IMG/VR virus record: IMGVR_UViG_2585427765_000017
Origin: a virus
Lineage: Duplodnaviria > Heunggongvirae > Uroviricota > Caudoviricetes
Reading direction: 5' to 3' (one strand)
DNA: 36,151 nucleotides
Below, piece after piece: positions 24,584 to 34,102 of this stretch (position 1 is the first letter of the stretch; each line of letters starts with the position of its first letter). A model generated the notes under the pieces. That model saw nothing but the letters and a program-made list of their open reading frames with translations, was not told the origin of the DNA and made no database searches. The position numbers were made by a program, and so were the translations under genes.

Positions 24584-25211
24584 TGTACCGCTGAGTCTGA
24601 AATCTGTCAGTGACTCCGGTGAGTTTGAAGGGTATGGCTCCGTCTTTGGTGTAAAGGACAGCCACGATGATGTGGTGATGTCCGGGGCATTTGCTGCTTC
24701 CCTGCGGGCGTGGAGTGACAGAAAAGCGTTACCTGCGCTGCTCTGGCAGCACCGCATGGATGAACCCATCGGTGTTTACACCGAAATGAAGGAAGACGAT
24801 GTCGGGCTTTACGTCAGGGGACGGTTGCTTATTGATGATGATCCCCTCGCAAAACGCGCACATGCACACATGAAGGCCGGTTCGTTAACCGGCCTTTCTA
24901 TTGGGTACGCCCTGAAAGACTGGGAATACGACCGGAGCAAAGAAGCCTTTCTGCTGAAAGAAATCGACCTCTGGGAAGTCAGCCTGGTGACGTTCCCGTC
25001 TAACGACGAGGCGCGGATCAGCGACGTCAAGAACGCACTGGCCCGCGGGGAAATCCCCGAACAGAAAAAAATCGAAAGAGTCCTGCGTGATGTCGGACTC
25101 TCCCGTACCCAGGCCAAAGCATTCATGGCCGGGGGCTATGGCGCACTGTCCCTGCGCGACGCTGAGGATGTGGGCTCTGCATTGAATGCACTGAAAAATC
25201 TGAACTTCTAA
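24561..25211 (+). CDS. Prohead maturation protease (HK97 family)
   Basis: Between portal and major capsid; FEGYGSVFGVKDSHDDVVMSGAF... pattern typical of HK97-type prohead proteases; internal Met start overlapping the portal end. Confidence 0.75.
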   Translation: MQTKQRLDVPLSLKSVSDSGEFEGYGSVFGVKDSHDDVVMSGAFAASLRAWSDRKALPALLWQHRMDEPIGVYTEMKEDDVGLYVRGRLLIDDDPLAKRAHAHMKAGSLTGLSIGYALKDWEYDRSKEAFLLKEIDLWEVSLVTFPSNDEARISDVKNALARGEIPEQKKIERVLRDVGLSRTQAKAFMAGGYGALSLRDAEDVGSALNALKNLNF

Positions 25212-25225
25212 TCAGGAGAAATACG

Positions 25226-26431
25226 ATGGCGGTTGATATTAAAGATGTCGAACAGGTCGCGCAGGAGCTGCAGCAGAAGTTTGACGACTTCAAAGCAAAG
25301 AACGACAAGCGCGTTGAGGCGATTGAGCAGGAAAAAGGCAAACTTGCCGGGCAGGTGGAAACCCTGAACGGAAAACTCAGCGAGCTGGAAAACCTCAAAA
25401 GCGACCTTGAAAAAGAGCTGCTTGAGCTGAAACGTCCGGCAGGTGGTGCGCAAAATAAACTGGCCACCGAGCACAAAGAGGCGTTTGTGGGCTTTCTGCG
25501 TAAAGGCCGTGAAGACGGTCTGCGCGATCTGGAGCGCAAGGCATTGCAGGTGGGCACCGATGAAGACGGCGGCTATGCCGTGCCGGAAGCACTGGATCGC
25601 AACATTCTCACCCTGCTGAAAGATGAAGTGGTGATGCGCCAGGAAGCCACGGTGATCACCGTTGGTGGTTCCGACTACAAAAAACTGGTGAATCTGGGCG
25701 GCACGGCTTCCGGATGGGTTGGCGAGACTGACGCGCGCTCCCAGACTGCCACCTCAAAACTGGGCCTGATTGAACCTTTCATGGGGGAAATCTACGGTAA
25801 CCCGCAGGCTACCCAGAAAATGCTGGATGATGCCTTTTTCAACGTGGAAGCCTGGATCAACAGCGAGCTGGCAACCGAATTTGCCGAACAGGAAGAAATT
25901 GCCTTTACCACCGGCGATGGCACCAAGAAGCCAAAAGGGTTCCTGGCGTATGAATCCACGGATGAAACCGATAAGGTTCGTGCGTTCGGTAAACTTCAAC
26001 ATATTGTATCCGGTGAAGCGACGACGGTGACCGCAGACGCCATTATCAAACTGATTTACACGCTGCGTAAGGCACACCGCACCGGCGCGAAGTTCATGAT
26101 GAACAACAACAGCCTGTTTGCCATCCGTCTGCTGAAAGACAGCGAGGGTAACTATCTGTGGCGTCCGGGGCTGGAGCTGGGGCAGCCGTCCTCTCTGGCG
26201 GGTTACGGTATCGCTGAAAACGAACAGATGCCGGATATCGCCGCTGATGCGAAAGCCATTGCATTTGGTAACTTCAAACGGGGTTACACCATCGTTGACC
26301 GTATCGGCACCCGCATTCTGCGTGACCCGTACACCAATAAACCGTTTGTCGGTTTTTATACCACCAAGCGCACCGGCGGGATGCTGGTCGATTCGCAGGC
26401 CATCAAACTGCTGAAGATTGCAGCGGCGTAA
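25226..26431 (+). CDS. Major capsid protein (HK97 fold) with N-terminal coiled-coil delta domain
   Basis: 401 aa; N-terminal about 100 aa is strongly coiled-coil (EQEKGKLAGQVETLNGKLSELENLKSDLEKELLELK), followed by a capsid-domain-sized region; position after protease. Confidence 0.85.
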   Translation: MAVDIKDVEQVAQELQQKFDDFKAKNDKRVEAIEQEKGKLAGQVETLNGKLSELENLKSDLEKELLELKRPAGGAQNKLATEHKEAFVGFLRKGREDGLRDLERKALQVGTDEDGGYAVPEALDRNILTLLKDEVVMRQEATVITVGGSDYKKLVNLGGTASGWVGETDARSQTATSKLGLIEPFMGEIYGNPQATQKMLDDAFFNVEAWINSELATEFAEQEEIAFTTGDGTKKPKGFLAYESTDETDKVRAFGKLQHIVSGEATTVTADAIIKLIYTLRKAHRTGAKFMMNNNSLFAIRLLKDSEGNYLWRPGLELGQPSSLAGYGIAENEQMPDIAADAKAIAFGNFKRGYTIVDRIGTRILRDPYTNKPFVGFYTTKRTGGMLVDSQAIKLLKIAAA

Positions 26432-26480
26432 TCATTCAGGGGCGCGGAACCGCGCCCCCTGTTCTGACGGGTGAAGAATC

Positions 26481-26681
26481 ATGATCCTGAAACAAGATCT
26501 GAAATGGTCACCGGACGGTATGCGTGTTGAGGTCATTCGGGCCGGTGAGTATGACGACGGGGCGCTTCCTGCCCGGGTGCAGGAGATTGCACTTCAGGCC
26601 GGGTTAGCAGAGCGCGGAACCAGTGCAAAAAGCAGTAAAGCGGCAAAAGAGAAAAAAGCCACGGCCAGTAAAGAGGGCTGA
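26481..26681 (+). CDS. Hypothetical head-module protein (66 aa)
   Basis: Short ORF between capsid and connector genes; Lys/Ala-rich C-terminus. Confidence 0.4.
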   Translation: MILKQDLKWSPDGMRVEVIRAGEYDDGALPARVQEIALQAGLAERGTSAKSSKAAKEKKATASKEG

Positions 26682-26683
26682 GT

Positions 26684-27007
26684 ATGCTTCTGACAATGGA
26701 AGAGATTAAAGCCCAACTCCGGCTGGATGAGGATTTCGATGCTGATAACCGCCATCTGCAACTGCTGGCCTGTGCGGCGCAAAAGCGGACGGAAACGTAT
26801 CTGAACCGGAAGCTCTATGCTCCGGATGAAACCATTCCGGACAGCGATCCGGACGGGCTGCACCTGCCGGATGATATTCGTCTGGGGATGCTGATGCTTA
26901 TCAGCCATTTTTACGAAAATCGCTCGTCGGTTACAGACGTTGAGAAAATGGAGTTGCCAATGAGCTTTAACTGGCTTGTCGGCCCGTACAGGTATTTCCC
27001 GCAATGA
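26684..27007 (+). CDS. Head-tail connector protein (gp6-like)
   Basis: MLLTMEEIKAQLRLDEDFDADNRHLQLL... matches the typical N-terminus of gp6-like connector/DNA-packaging proteins. Confidence 0.6.
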   Translation: MLLTMEEIKAQLRLDEDFDADNRHLQLLACAAQKRTETYLNRKLYAPDETIPDSDPDGLHLPDDIRLGMLMLISHFYENRSSVTDVEKMELPMSFNWLVGPYRYFPQ

Positions 27008-27414
27008 AAATTCGTCAGGCGCAGACCAGCGCAACCTACATTCTGCCGGACCCCGGTGAACTGAATAAACGCGTCCTGATCCGCCAGCGGGTGGATATGC
27101 CCGCGGATAACTTTGGCGTGGAGCCTCAATACCCGGTTACGTTCCGGACATGGGCGAAGGTTATCCAGACCAGTGCCACCACCTGGCAGGAAACCGCGCA
27201 GACCGGGGACGCCATCACCCATTACATCACCATTCGTTACCGCCGGGGGATCACCGCTGATTATGAGGTGGTCTGCGGTGACAGTGTGTACCGGGTGAAA
27301 CGTCAGCGCGATCTGAACGGAGCGCGGCGCTTTCTGCTGCTGGAGTGTACGGAGCTGGGCGAATTTACGCAGAGTCACGGAGGCAACAATGGCGACTTCC
27401 TTTTTGCACGTTGA
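27004..27414 (+). CDS. Head closure / head-tail adaptor protein candidate
   Basis: 136-aa ORF in the conserved position between connector and gp10-like genes; overlapping starts and stops on both sides. Confidence 0.5.
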   Translation: MKIRQAQTSATYILPDPGELNKRVLIRQRVDMPADNFGVEPQYPVTFRTWAKVIQTSATTWQETAQTGDAITHYITIRYRRGITADYEVVCGDSVYRVKRQRDLNGARRFLLLECTELGEFTQSHGGNNGDFLFAR

Positions 27415-27895
27415 TGTTCAGCAGCCCGCGGAGATGCGCTTTAACCGCGCCCGTGTCCGGCGGGCGTTTGTCACGATTGGTCAGCGTCATATGCGTGATG
27501 CCCGACGGCTGGTGATGCGCCGTGCGCGGTCGGCACCGGGTGAAAACCCCGGTTATCAGACCGGACGCCTGGCTCGTTCGATTGGTTACATGGTACCCAG
27601 AGCCAGTAAAAAGCGAGCCGGTTTTATGACACGCATTGCCCCTAACCAGCGCAACGGGAAGGGGAACCGGATGATCTCTGGTGACTTCTATCCGGCGTTT
27701 CTGTTTTTTGGTGTCCGGGGAGGAGCAAAACGTCGTCGTAGTCATCATCGTGGTGCATCTGGTGGCAGCGGCTGGCGGCTGGCTCCACGTAATAACTTTA
27801 TGGTGGAAACGCTTGAAAAGAACCGCAGCTGGACACGCTATTTTCTGGCGCGGGAATTACGTAAATCACTGAAGCCGGAGCGACGACGCAGATGA
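27389..27895 (+). CDS. HK97 gp10-family tail-component protein
   Basis: Contains the ...SAPGENPGYQTGRLARSI... region typical of the HK97 gp10 family; very basic C-terminus. Confidence 0.6.
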   Translation: MATSFLHVDVQQPAEMRFNRARVRRAFVTIGQRHMRDARRLVMRRARSAPGENPGYQTGRLARSIGYMVPRASKKRAGFMTRIAPNQRNGKGNRMISGDFYPAFLFFGVRGGAKRRRSHHRGASGGSGWRLAPRNNFMVETLEKNRSWTRYFLARELRKSLKPERRRR

Positions 27896-28452
27896 AACTG
27901 ACGCCTGTTATTGCTGCGCTGCGTGCCCGCTGCCCGTATTTTGAAAACCGGGTGGCAGGCGCGGCCCAGTTCAAAAATCTGCCGGAGGTCGGAAAGCTGA
28001 GACTCCCGGCGGCGTATGTGGTACCGGGGGATGACTCTCCGGGAGAAAACAAAAGCCAGACCGACTACTGGCAGGAGCTGAAAGAGGGCTTCTCCGTGGT
28101 TGTCATACTGAGTAACGGGCGTGATGAGCGCGGTCAGTTTGCCTCGTATGATGTGGTGGACGATGTCCGGCAGATGCTCTTTAAGGCCCTGCTGGGCTGG
28201 AACCCGGAAGCGTGCGGTAACCCGATTACCTATGACGGCGGCACGCTGCTGGATCTGAATCGTCATGAGCTGATTTATCAGTTCGATTTTTCGGTCATCA
28301 GTGAGCTGACCGAAGACGATACCCGCCAGCAGGATGACCTGAACAGTCTGGATGAACTGCAAACGCTGGCGATTGATGTTGATTATCTCGAGCCCGGTAA
28401 CGGACCTGACGGCGATATCGAACATCACACCGAAATAACCCTTCCTTCCTGA
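27892..28452 (+). CDS. Mu gp37-like protein (putative tail terminator/completion)
   Basis: Position immediately upstream of the small DUF2635-like ORF and tail sheath, as in Mu-like tail modules; acidic C-terminus. Confidence 0.45.
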   Translation: MKLTPVIAALRARCPYFENRVAGAAQFKNLPEVGKLRLPAAYVVPGDDSPGENKSQTDYWQELKEGFSVVVILSNGRDERGQFASYDVVDDVRQMLFKALLGWNPEACGNPITYDGGTLLDLNRHELIYQFDFSVISELTEDDTRQQDDLNSLDELQTLAIDVDYLEPGNGPDGDIEHHTEITLPS

Positions 28453-28460
28453 GGATCCTC

Positions 28461-28631
28461 ATGTTTGTCAAACCTGTTAAAGGGCGGTCAGTTCCTGATC
28501 CTGCCCGCGGCGACCTTTTGCCCGCCGAAGGGCGAAATGTTGATGAGAACAACTACTGGCTGCGCCGTGAAGCAGCGGGTGATATCCGGCGCGTGAATAA
28601 AAAGGTGAATACCGATGACGATAAGCTTTAA
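28461..28631 (+). CDS. Small DUF2635-like protein preceding the sheath (56 aa; below track threshold)
   Basis: Hand translation MFVKPVKGRSVPDPARGDLLPAEGRNVDENNYWLRREAAGDIRRVNKKVNTDDDKL; overlaps sheath start. Confidence 0.4.
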   Translation: MFVKPVKGRSVPDPARGDLLPAEGRNVDENNYWLRREAAGDIRRVNKKVNTDDDKL

Positions 28632-30111
28632 CACCATTCCGTCGAATACGCTGGTTCCGTTGTTTTATGCGGAAATGGATAACCAGGCGGCGAATACTGC
28701 ACAGGACAGCGGAGCATCGCTGCTGATTGGTCATGCCAATAACGGTGCAGAGATTGTTGCCAACAGTCTGGTGCTGATGCCGTCGGCAGACTATGCACGC
28801 CAGATTTGTGGTGTGGGAAGTCAGCTGGCGCGTATGGTCGAGGCTTATCGCCAGACCGACCCGTTTGGTGAGCTGTATGTGATTGCCGTTCCTGAATCCA
28901 CGGGCGCGGCGGCAACGGTTACGCTGACGGTGACCGGGGCGGCAACCGAAACCGGCACGGTGAATGTGTATGTGGGACGTACCCGCGTGCAGGCACCGGT
29001 GACCAATGGCGATAACGTCACGATGATTGCCAGCAGTATCCAGGATGCCATCAATGCCGTTCCGACTCTGCCGTTTACAGCTTCATCTTCGGCTGGTGTT
29101 GTCACGCTGACCGCGCGTCATAAGGGGCTTTGCGGGAATGAAATTCCTGTCAGCCTCAATTACTACGGCTTCGGTGGGGGCGAAGTGCTGCCAGCGGGCG
29201 TACAGATTGCCGTGGCGACGGGGACCGCCGGAACGGGCGCTCCGGTTCTCACCGGCGCGGTGGCTGCAATGGCGGATGAGCCGTTTGATTATATCGGTCT
29301 GCCGTTCAACGACACGGCCTCCGTTAACACGCTGGTGACCGAGATGAACGATACCAGCGGTCGCTGGAGCTATGCGCGTCAGCTGTATGGTCATGTGTAT
29401 ACGGCAAAGACCGGCACACTGTCAGAACTGGTGAACGCAGGTGACCAGTTTAACCAGCAGCACATCACCCTGGCGGGGTACGAAAAAGAAACCCAGACGC
29501 CTGCCGACGAGCTGGCAGCCAGCCGTACCGCCCGCGCGGCAGTGTTTATCCGCAACGATCCGGCACGTCCCACGCAGACCGGTGAGCTGGTGGGTATGCT
29601 GCCTGCGCCGAAGGGGAAACGGTTCACGATGACCGAGCAGCAGACCCTGCTGTCTCATGGCGTGGCAACGGCGTATGTCGAAAGCGGGGTGCTGCGCATT
29701 CAGCGTGATGTCACCACGTACAGGAAAAACGCTTACGGGGTTGCGGATAACAGCTACCTCGACAGCGAGACGCTGCATACCAGCGCGTATGTACTGCGCA
29801 AACTGAAATCCGTCATTACCAGTAAGTACGGGCGTCACAAGCTTGCCAGTGACGGTACCCGCTTTGGTCCCGGTCAGGCGATTGTCACCCCGGCGGTGAT
29901 CAAAGGGGAACTGCTGGCAACCTACCGTCAGCTCGAGCGTGCGGGGATCGTGGAAAACTACGAACTGTTTAAGCAGTACCTGGTTGTGGAGCGTGATGCC
30001 AGCGATCCGAACCGCCTGAACACGCTGTTCCCGCCTGACTATGTTAACCAGTTGCGTGTCTTTGCCGTGGTTAACCAGTTCCGTCTTCAGTATTCAGAGG
30101 AGTCTGCATAA
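28615..30111 (+). CDS. Contractile tail sheath protein (Mu gpL-like)
   Basis: 498 aa, followed immediately by the tube gene and the frameshifted chaperone pair; N-terminal TISFNTIPSNTLVPLFYAE is typical of Mu-like sheath proteins. Confidence 0.8.
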   Translation: MTISFNTIPSNTLVPLFYAEMDNQAANTAQDSGASLLIGHANNGAEIVANSLVLMPSADYARQICGVGSQLARMVEAYRQTDPFGELYVIAVPESTGAAATVTLTVTGAATETGTVNVYVGRTRVQAPVTNGDNVTMIASSIQDAINAVPTLPFTASSSAGVVTLTARHKGLCGNEIPVSLNYYGFGGGEVLPAGVQIAVATGTAGTGAPVLTGAVAAMADEPFDYIGLPFNDTASVNTLVTEMNDTSGRWSYARQLYGHVYTAKTGTLSELVNAGDQFNQQHITLAGYEKETQTPADELAASRTARAAVFIRNDPARPTQTGELVGMLPAPKGKRFTMTEQQTLLSHGVATAYVESGVLRIQRDVTTYRKNAYGVADNSYLDSETLHTSAYVLRKLKSVITSKYGRHKLASDGTRFGPGQAIVTPAVIKGELLATYRQLERAGIVENYELFKQYLVVERDASDPNRLNTLFPPDYVNQLRVFAVVNQFRLQYSEESA

Positions 30112-30467
30112 TGGCCCGTATCGGGGGAACCTGTTATTTCAAAATTGACGGTCAGCAGCTATCGCTGACCGGCGGCATTGAGGTGCCCATGAACAGGACG
30201 GTCAATGATGACATCATCGGCCTGGACGGTTCAGTGGACCGCAAGGAAACTCACCGTGCGCCTTATGTCAAAGGGACCTTCAAGGTGCCGAAGAATTTTC
30301 CGGTGAGCAAAATCACCTCGTCTGATGAGATGACCATCACTGCCGAGTTGGCGAACGGTCAGGTCTATGTACTGTCGTCTGCCTGGCTGCACGGCGAAGC
30401 GAACCATAATGCCGAAGAAGGCACGGTTGATCTTGAGTTCCACGGTGAAGAAGGGGATTACCAGTAA
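30111..30467 (+). CDS. Tail tube protein (Mu gpM-like)
   Basis: 118-aa ORF directly after the sheath with overlapping stop/start (TAATG). Confidence 0.75.
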   Translation: MARIGGTCYFKIDGQQLSLTGGIEVPMNRTVNDDIIGLDGSVDRKETHRAPYVKGTFKVPKNFPVSKITSSDEMTITAELANGQVYVLSSAWLHGEANHNAEEGTVDLEFHGEEGDYQ

Positions 30468-30736
30468 TGAAAGAGCTTGAGTTAAAGAAACCGATTACTG
30501 CTCATGGCGAGACACTCTCCGTACTGGAGTTTGATGAGCCCACCGGGAAGGATGTCCGCGAGCTGGGGTATCCCTACCAGATGAATCAGGATGAGTCCGT
30601 CAGACTTCTGGCGCATGTGGTGTCGAAATACATTGTGCGGCTGGCGAAAGTGCCGCAAAGCTCTGTCGACCAGATGTCTCCGGCAGACCTGAATGCAGCG
30701 GCGTGGCTTGTGGCTGGTTTTTTCCTCCAGGCCTGA
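30467..30736 (+). CDS. Tail assembly chaperone (short form)
   Basis: 89-aa ORF directly upstream of the tape measure gene, carrying a slippery heptamer near its 3' end. Confidence 0.7.
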   Translation: MKELELKKPITAHGETLSVLEFDEPTGKDVRELGYPYQMNQDESVRLLAHVVSKYIVRLAKVPQSSVDQMSPADLNAAAWLVAGFFLQA

Positions 30737-30885
30737 CGGCTGAATACCTCACTGATCGCTTCTTTGACTGCGCCAGCTACTGGCGCATTAATCCCTTCGA
30801 ATTGCTGAATATGTCGATCAGTGAAATTCCCTTGCTGGTCAGTCAGGCAAACAGGATAGAGCAGGAGAAACGCACACATGGCTGA
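30703..30885 (+). CDS. -1 frame extension of the tail assembly chaperone (programmed frameshift product)
   Basis: Slippery T TTT TTC at about 30718-30724 in the zero frame of the chaperone; the -1 frame stays open to 30885, overlapping the tape measure start. Confidence 0.55.
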   Translation: MACGWFFPPGLTAEYLTDRFFDCASYWRINPFELLNMSISEIPLLVSQANRIEQEKRTHG

Positions 30886-32713
30886 ATTTGAGCTTAAGGC
30901 GTTGATCACCGGTGTCGACAGGCTTTCTCCCGCGCTGTCGAAAATGCAAAAGAAAATCCGGGGATTTAAACGCCAGGCGGAAGAAGCGTCACAGGGTGGG
31001 CTGGCGCTTGGTGGCGGACTGGCAGCGGGTCTGACGCTTTCCCTGAAATCTTATGCCGATCAGGAAAACGCCGCCACCGGGCTGAAAGTCGCCATGATGG
31101 ATGCGAACGGCGAGATTGGAAAGCGCTTTCAGGACATCAATAAACTGGCTATTGGCCTGGGTAACCAGCTACCCGGTACAACGGCTGATTTCCAGAACAT
31201 GATGCAGATGCTGGTGCGTCAGGGGATCCCGGCAGAAAACATTCTTGGCGGTGTGGGTAAAGCGACAGCTTATCTTGCGGTACAACTGAAAAAAACACCG
31301 GAAGCGGCTGCCGAGTTTGCCGCAAAGATGCAGGATGCTACCGGAACGGCGTCAGAAGACATGATGGGGCTGTTCGACACTATCCAGAAGGCGTTTTATC
31401 TGGGCGTTGACGATACCAACATGTTGTCCTTCTTCACTAAAACCAGCTCTGTTCTGAAGATGGTGAACAAGGACGGTCTTCAGGCTGCACAGAGCCTTGC
31501 CCCCATCAGCGTCATGATGGATCAGATGGGGATGAACGGGGAGTCGGCAGGTAACGCCCTGCGAAAAGTTATCCAGTCCGGATTAAGCGTTAAGAAAATC
31601 AGGGACGTCAATAAAGTCATGGCCCGCCAGAAACTCGGAGTGCAGCTCGATTTTACTGACGGCAAAGGGAGTTTTGGCGGTCTTGATAACATGTTCAGGC
31701 AACTGGCAAAGCTGCGAAAACTGACCGACGTTAAGCGAACAGGTGTACTTAAGGCAATATTTGGTGATGATGCCGAAACCCTTCAGGTGGTCAATGCCCT
31801 GATCGATAAAGGAAAGGATGGTTACGATCAGATCCAGCAGAAGATGAATAAACAGGCCAGCCTGAATAAACGTGTTCAGGCACAGCTTGGTACGCTGTCC
31901 AACCTGTGGGAGGCAATGACAGGGACCGCAACTAACGGCCTTGCGGCTATTGGCGGCGCATTTTCTGGTGACGCCAAAAATATCACGCAATGGCTGGGGG
32001 AGTTGGGGGAAAAATTCACGAAGTTTGCGGATCAAAATCCCCGGGTTATTCGCGGCGTCGTCGGGCTTGCTGCCGGTCTTGCGATTCTGAAACTGGGATT
32101 GATGGGCGTGGGCAGTGCCATCAGTATCGTCAGCAGGATCATGTCGATGACGCCGATTGGCATGATTGCGACGGCGATTGCTCTGGCTGCGGGATTAATT
32201 ATCACTAACTGGGATGTTGTCGGACCTTATTTTAAGAAGCTCTGGGAAACCATTGGTCCTTATTTTGAGGCTGGCTGGGAACTTCTGAAGAAAGTTTTTG
32301 CCTGGTCGCCGCTGGGAATGGTGATCAATAACTGGGGACCGGTTGTTAAGTGGTTTCAGGATATGTGGGACAAGCTGAAGCCCATTATTGAGTGGTTTAC
32401 CGACAGTTCCGGTGACACGGTCGATGCCATTAACTCTGCGCAGTGGGGCGTGGGTGCTTATGATGCTTATGGGACGGGAATACCGGCGCGGGGATACACA
32501 CCTTATCCGGCGGTAGATCCGGCTCAGTCAAACAACGCCTCCGGTGCCACAGGCCCGAATCCCTTCATGATTAACAAAGCTTCTGCGCCAAAAGTTGATG
32601 GTGAGATCAAGGTCTCTTTTGTGAACTCGCCTCCGGGTATGCGGGTTATGGAAACGCGATCCAGCGGTTTTGATGTCAGCCATGATGTTGGTTATACGCG
32701 CTTTTGCAGGTAA
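30878..32713 (+). CDS. Tail tape measure protein
   Basis: 611 aa, alpha-helical/Gly-Ala-rich with a C-terminal hydrophobic/aromatic region; follows the frameshifted chaperone pair. Confidence 0.8.
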   Translation: MAEFELKALITGVDRLSPALSKMQKKIRGFKRQAEEASQGGLALGGGLAAGLTLSLKSYADQENAATGLKVAMMDANGEIGKRFQDINKLAIGLGNQLPGTTADFQNMMQMLVRQGIPAENILGGVGKATAYLAVQLKKTPEAAAEFAAKMQDATGTASEDMMGLFDTIQKAFYLGVDDTNMLSFFTKTSSVLKMVNKDGLQAAQSLAPISVMMDQMGMNGESAGNALRKVIQSGLSVKKIRDVNKVMARQKLGVQLDFTDGKGSFGGLDNMFRQLAKLRKLTDVKRTGVLKAIFGDDAETLQVVNALIDKGKDGYDQIQQKMNKQASLNKRVQAQLGTLSNLWEAMTGTATNGLAAIGGAFSGDAKNITQWLGELGEKFTKFADQNPRVIRGVVGLAAGLAILKLGLMGVGSAISIVSRIMSMTPIGMIATAIALAAGLIITNWDVVGPYFKKLWETIGPYFEAGWELLKKVFAWSPLGMVINNWGPVVKWFQDMWDKLKPIIEWFTDSSGDTVDAINSAQWGVGAYDAYGTGIPARGYTPYPAVDPAQSNNASGATGPNPFMINKASAPKVDGEIKVSFVNSPPGMRVMETRSSGFDVSHDVGYTRFCR

Positions 32714-32736
32714 TGAAAAATTAATCTGTTAATGAG

Positions 32737-32759
32737 TCCCACTCCGGTGGGATTTTTTA
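32737..32759 (+). terminator. Hairpin plus T-run between tape measure and the next tail gene
   Basis: TCCCAC-tccg-GTGGGA followed by TTTTTT, about 15 nt upstream of the ATG at 32774. Confidence 0.35.
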
Positions 32760-32773
32760 TGTACGGAGTTTAT

Positions 32774-34102
32774 ATGACGTGGAAAGACAGGCTTCAGGAT
32801 GCGTCATTTCGCGGCGTACCGTTTAAGGTTGAAGAAGAAAGTGCGGGAACCGGTCGCCGTGTGGAAACGCACGAATACCCGAACCGCGACAAACCCTATA
32901 CCGAAGATCTGGGAAAAGTCACTTTCCGCCCGTCCATCACGGCTTATGTGGTGGGAGATGACTGCTTTGACCAGCGCGATCGCCTGATTGACGCGCTGAA
33001 TAAACCCGGTCCCGGCACGCTTGTCCATCCGACATACGGTGAGCTGAAAGTCTGTGTTGACGGGGAGGTTCGGGTCAGCACATCGAAGAGTGAAGGGCGT
33101 ATTGTCCGCTTTGACCTGAAGTTTGTCGAAGCGGGAGAACTCTCTTACCCCACATCAGGTGCGGCGACGGCGCAGACGCTGATGTCATCCTGTTCTGCAC
33201 TGGATGACTGCATCAGTGACAGTTTCAGTGGTTTCAGTGTCGATGGCGTGGCAGATTTTGTACAGAACGACGTCGTCGGTAATGCCAGCACAATGCTTGG
33301 GTATGTTTCTGATGCGATGAAAGTGGTGGATTCTGCCGTATCGGATGCTGCCAGGCTGTTGCAGGGGGATATCTCGGTACTTCTGCCGCCACCATCGTCA
33401 GGCAAAAATTTCGTTGAGCAGGTGCAGAAAATGTGGCGTACCGGGAAACGCCTTTATGGTAACGCCAGCGACCTTGTCACCATGATCAAAACGCTTTCCG
33501 GTGTCAGCCTCGGCAGCGATCTGCAACCGCGCGGCATCTGGAAAACGGACAGTAAAACCACCGCCACGGCGACGCAGCAGCGTAACGTGGTTGCCAGCAC
33601 CCTTCGTACGACCGCAATCAGCGAAGCGGCGTATGCCGTCACCCGATTGCCTGCGCCAACAACTTCCGCGGTGATGCAGAATGCCACAGTGGGGCAGGCA
33701 ACAACACCTGCGCAGAGCACTGGCTGGCCTTCCGTCACGCATCCGGCACTGAACAATGCACCGGCGGTGAAAAACACGGTTGACCTGCCAACGTGGGAAG
33801 AACTGACCGACATTCGCGACACACTGAATACGGCAATTGATAAGGAGTTGTCCCGTACAACCAGTGATGCGTTGTTTCTGGCGCTGCGCCGGGTGAAAGC
33901 AGATCTGAATGCGGATATCAACACGCGCCTTGAACAGTCTGCACGGATCATTCAGCGCACACCGGATGAGGTTTTACCCGCGCTGGTGCTGGCGGCGACC
34001 TGGTTTGATAACGCGGCGCGTGACGAGGACATTATCCGGCGTAATGCCATTACGCATCCCGGCTTTGTGCCGGTGATCCCTCTGAAGGTGCCAGTGCAAT
34101 GA
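32774..34102 (+). CDS. Mu gpN-like DNA circularisation protein (tail/baseplate hub-associated)
   Basis: MTWKDRLQDASFRGVPFKVEEESAGTGRRVETHEYPNRDKPYTEDLG matches the typical N-terminus of the DNA-circulation family; ATG at 32774 with GGAG RBS preferred over the track start 32732. Confidence 0.7.
   Translation: MTWKDRLQDASFRGVPFKVEEESAGTGRRVETHEYPNRDKPYTEDLGKVTFRPSITAYVVGDDCFDQRDRLIDALNKPGPGTLVHPTYGELKVCVDGEVRVSTSKSEGRIVRFDLKFVEAGELSYPTSGAATAQTLMSSCSALDDCISDSFSGFSVDGVADFVQNDVVGNASTMLGYVSDAMKVVDSAVSDAARLLQGDISVLLPPPSSGKNFVEQVQKMWRTGKRLYGNASDLVTMIKTLSGVSLGSDLQPRGIWKTDSKTTATATQQRNVVASTLRTTAISEAAYAVTRLPAPTTSAVMQNATVGQATTPAQSTGWPSVTHPALNNAPAVKNTVDLPTWEELTDIRDTLNTAIDKELSRTTSDALFLALRRVKADLNADINTRLEQSARIIQRTPDEVLPALVLAATWFDNAARDEDIIRRNAITHPGFVPVIPLKVPVQ

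Noticed and set aside
23357-29838. Numerous minus-strand track ORFs inside the portal, capsid, gp10-like and sheath genes (for example 23357..23989, 25123..25557, 27838..28428, 29422..29838)
   Set aside because: All lie antisense to long, well-supported structural genes, have Arg/Pro/Cys-rich low-complexity translations and lack ribosome-binding sites; typical antisense shadow frames.
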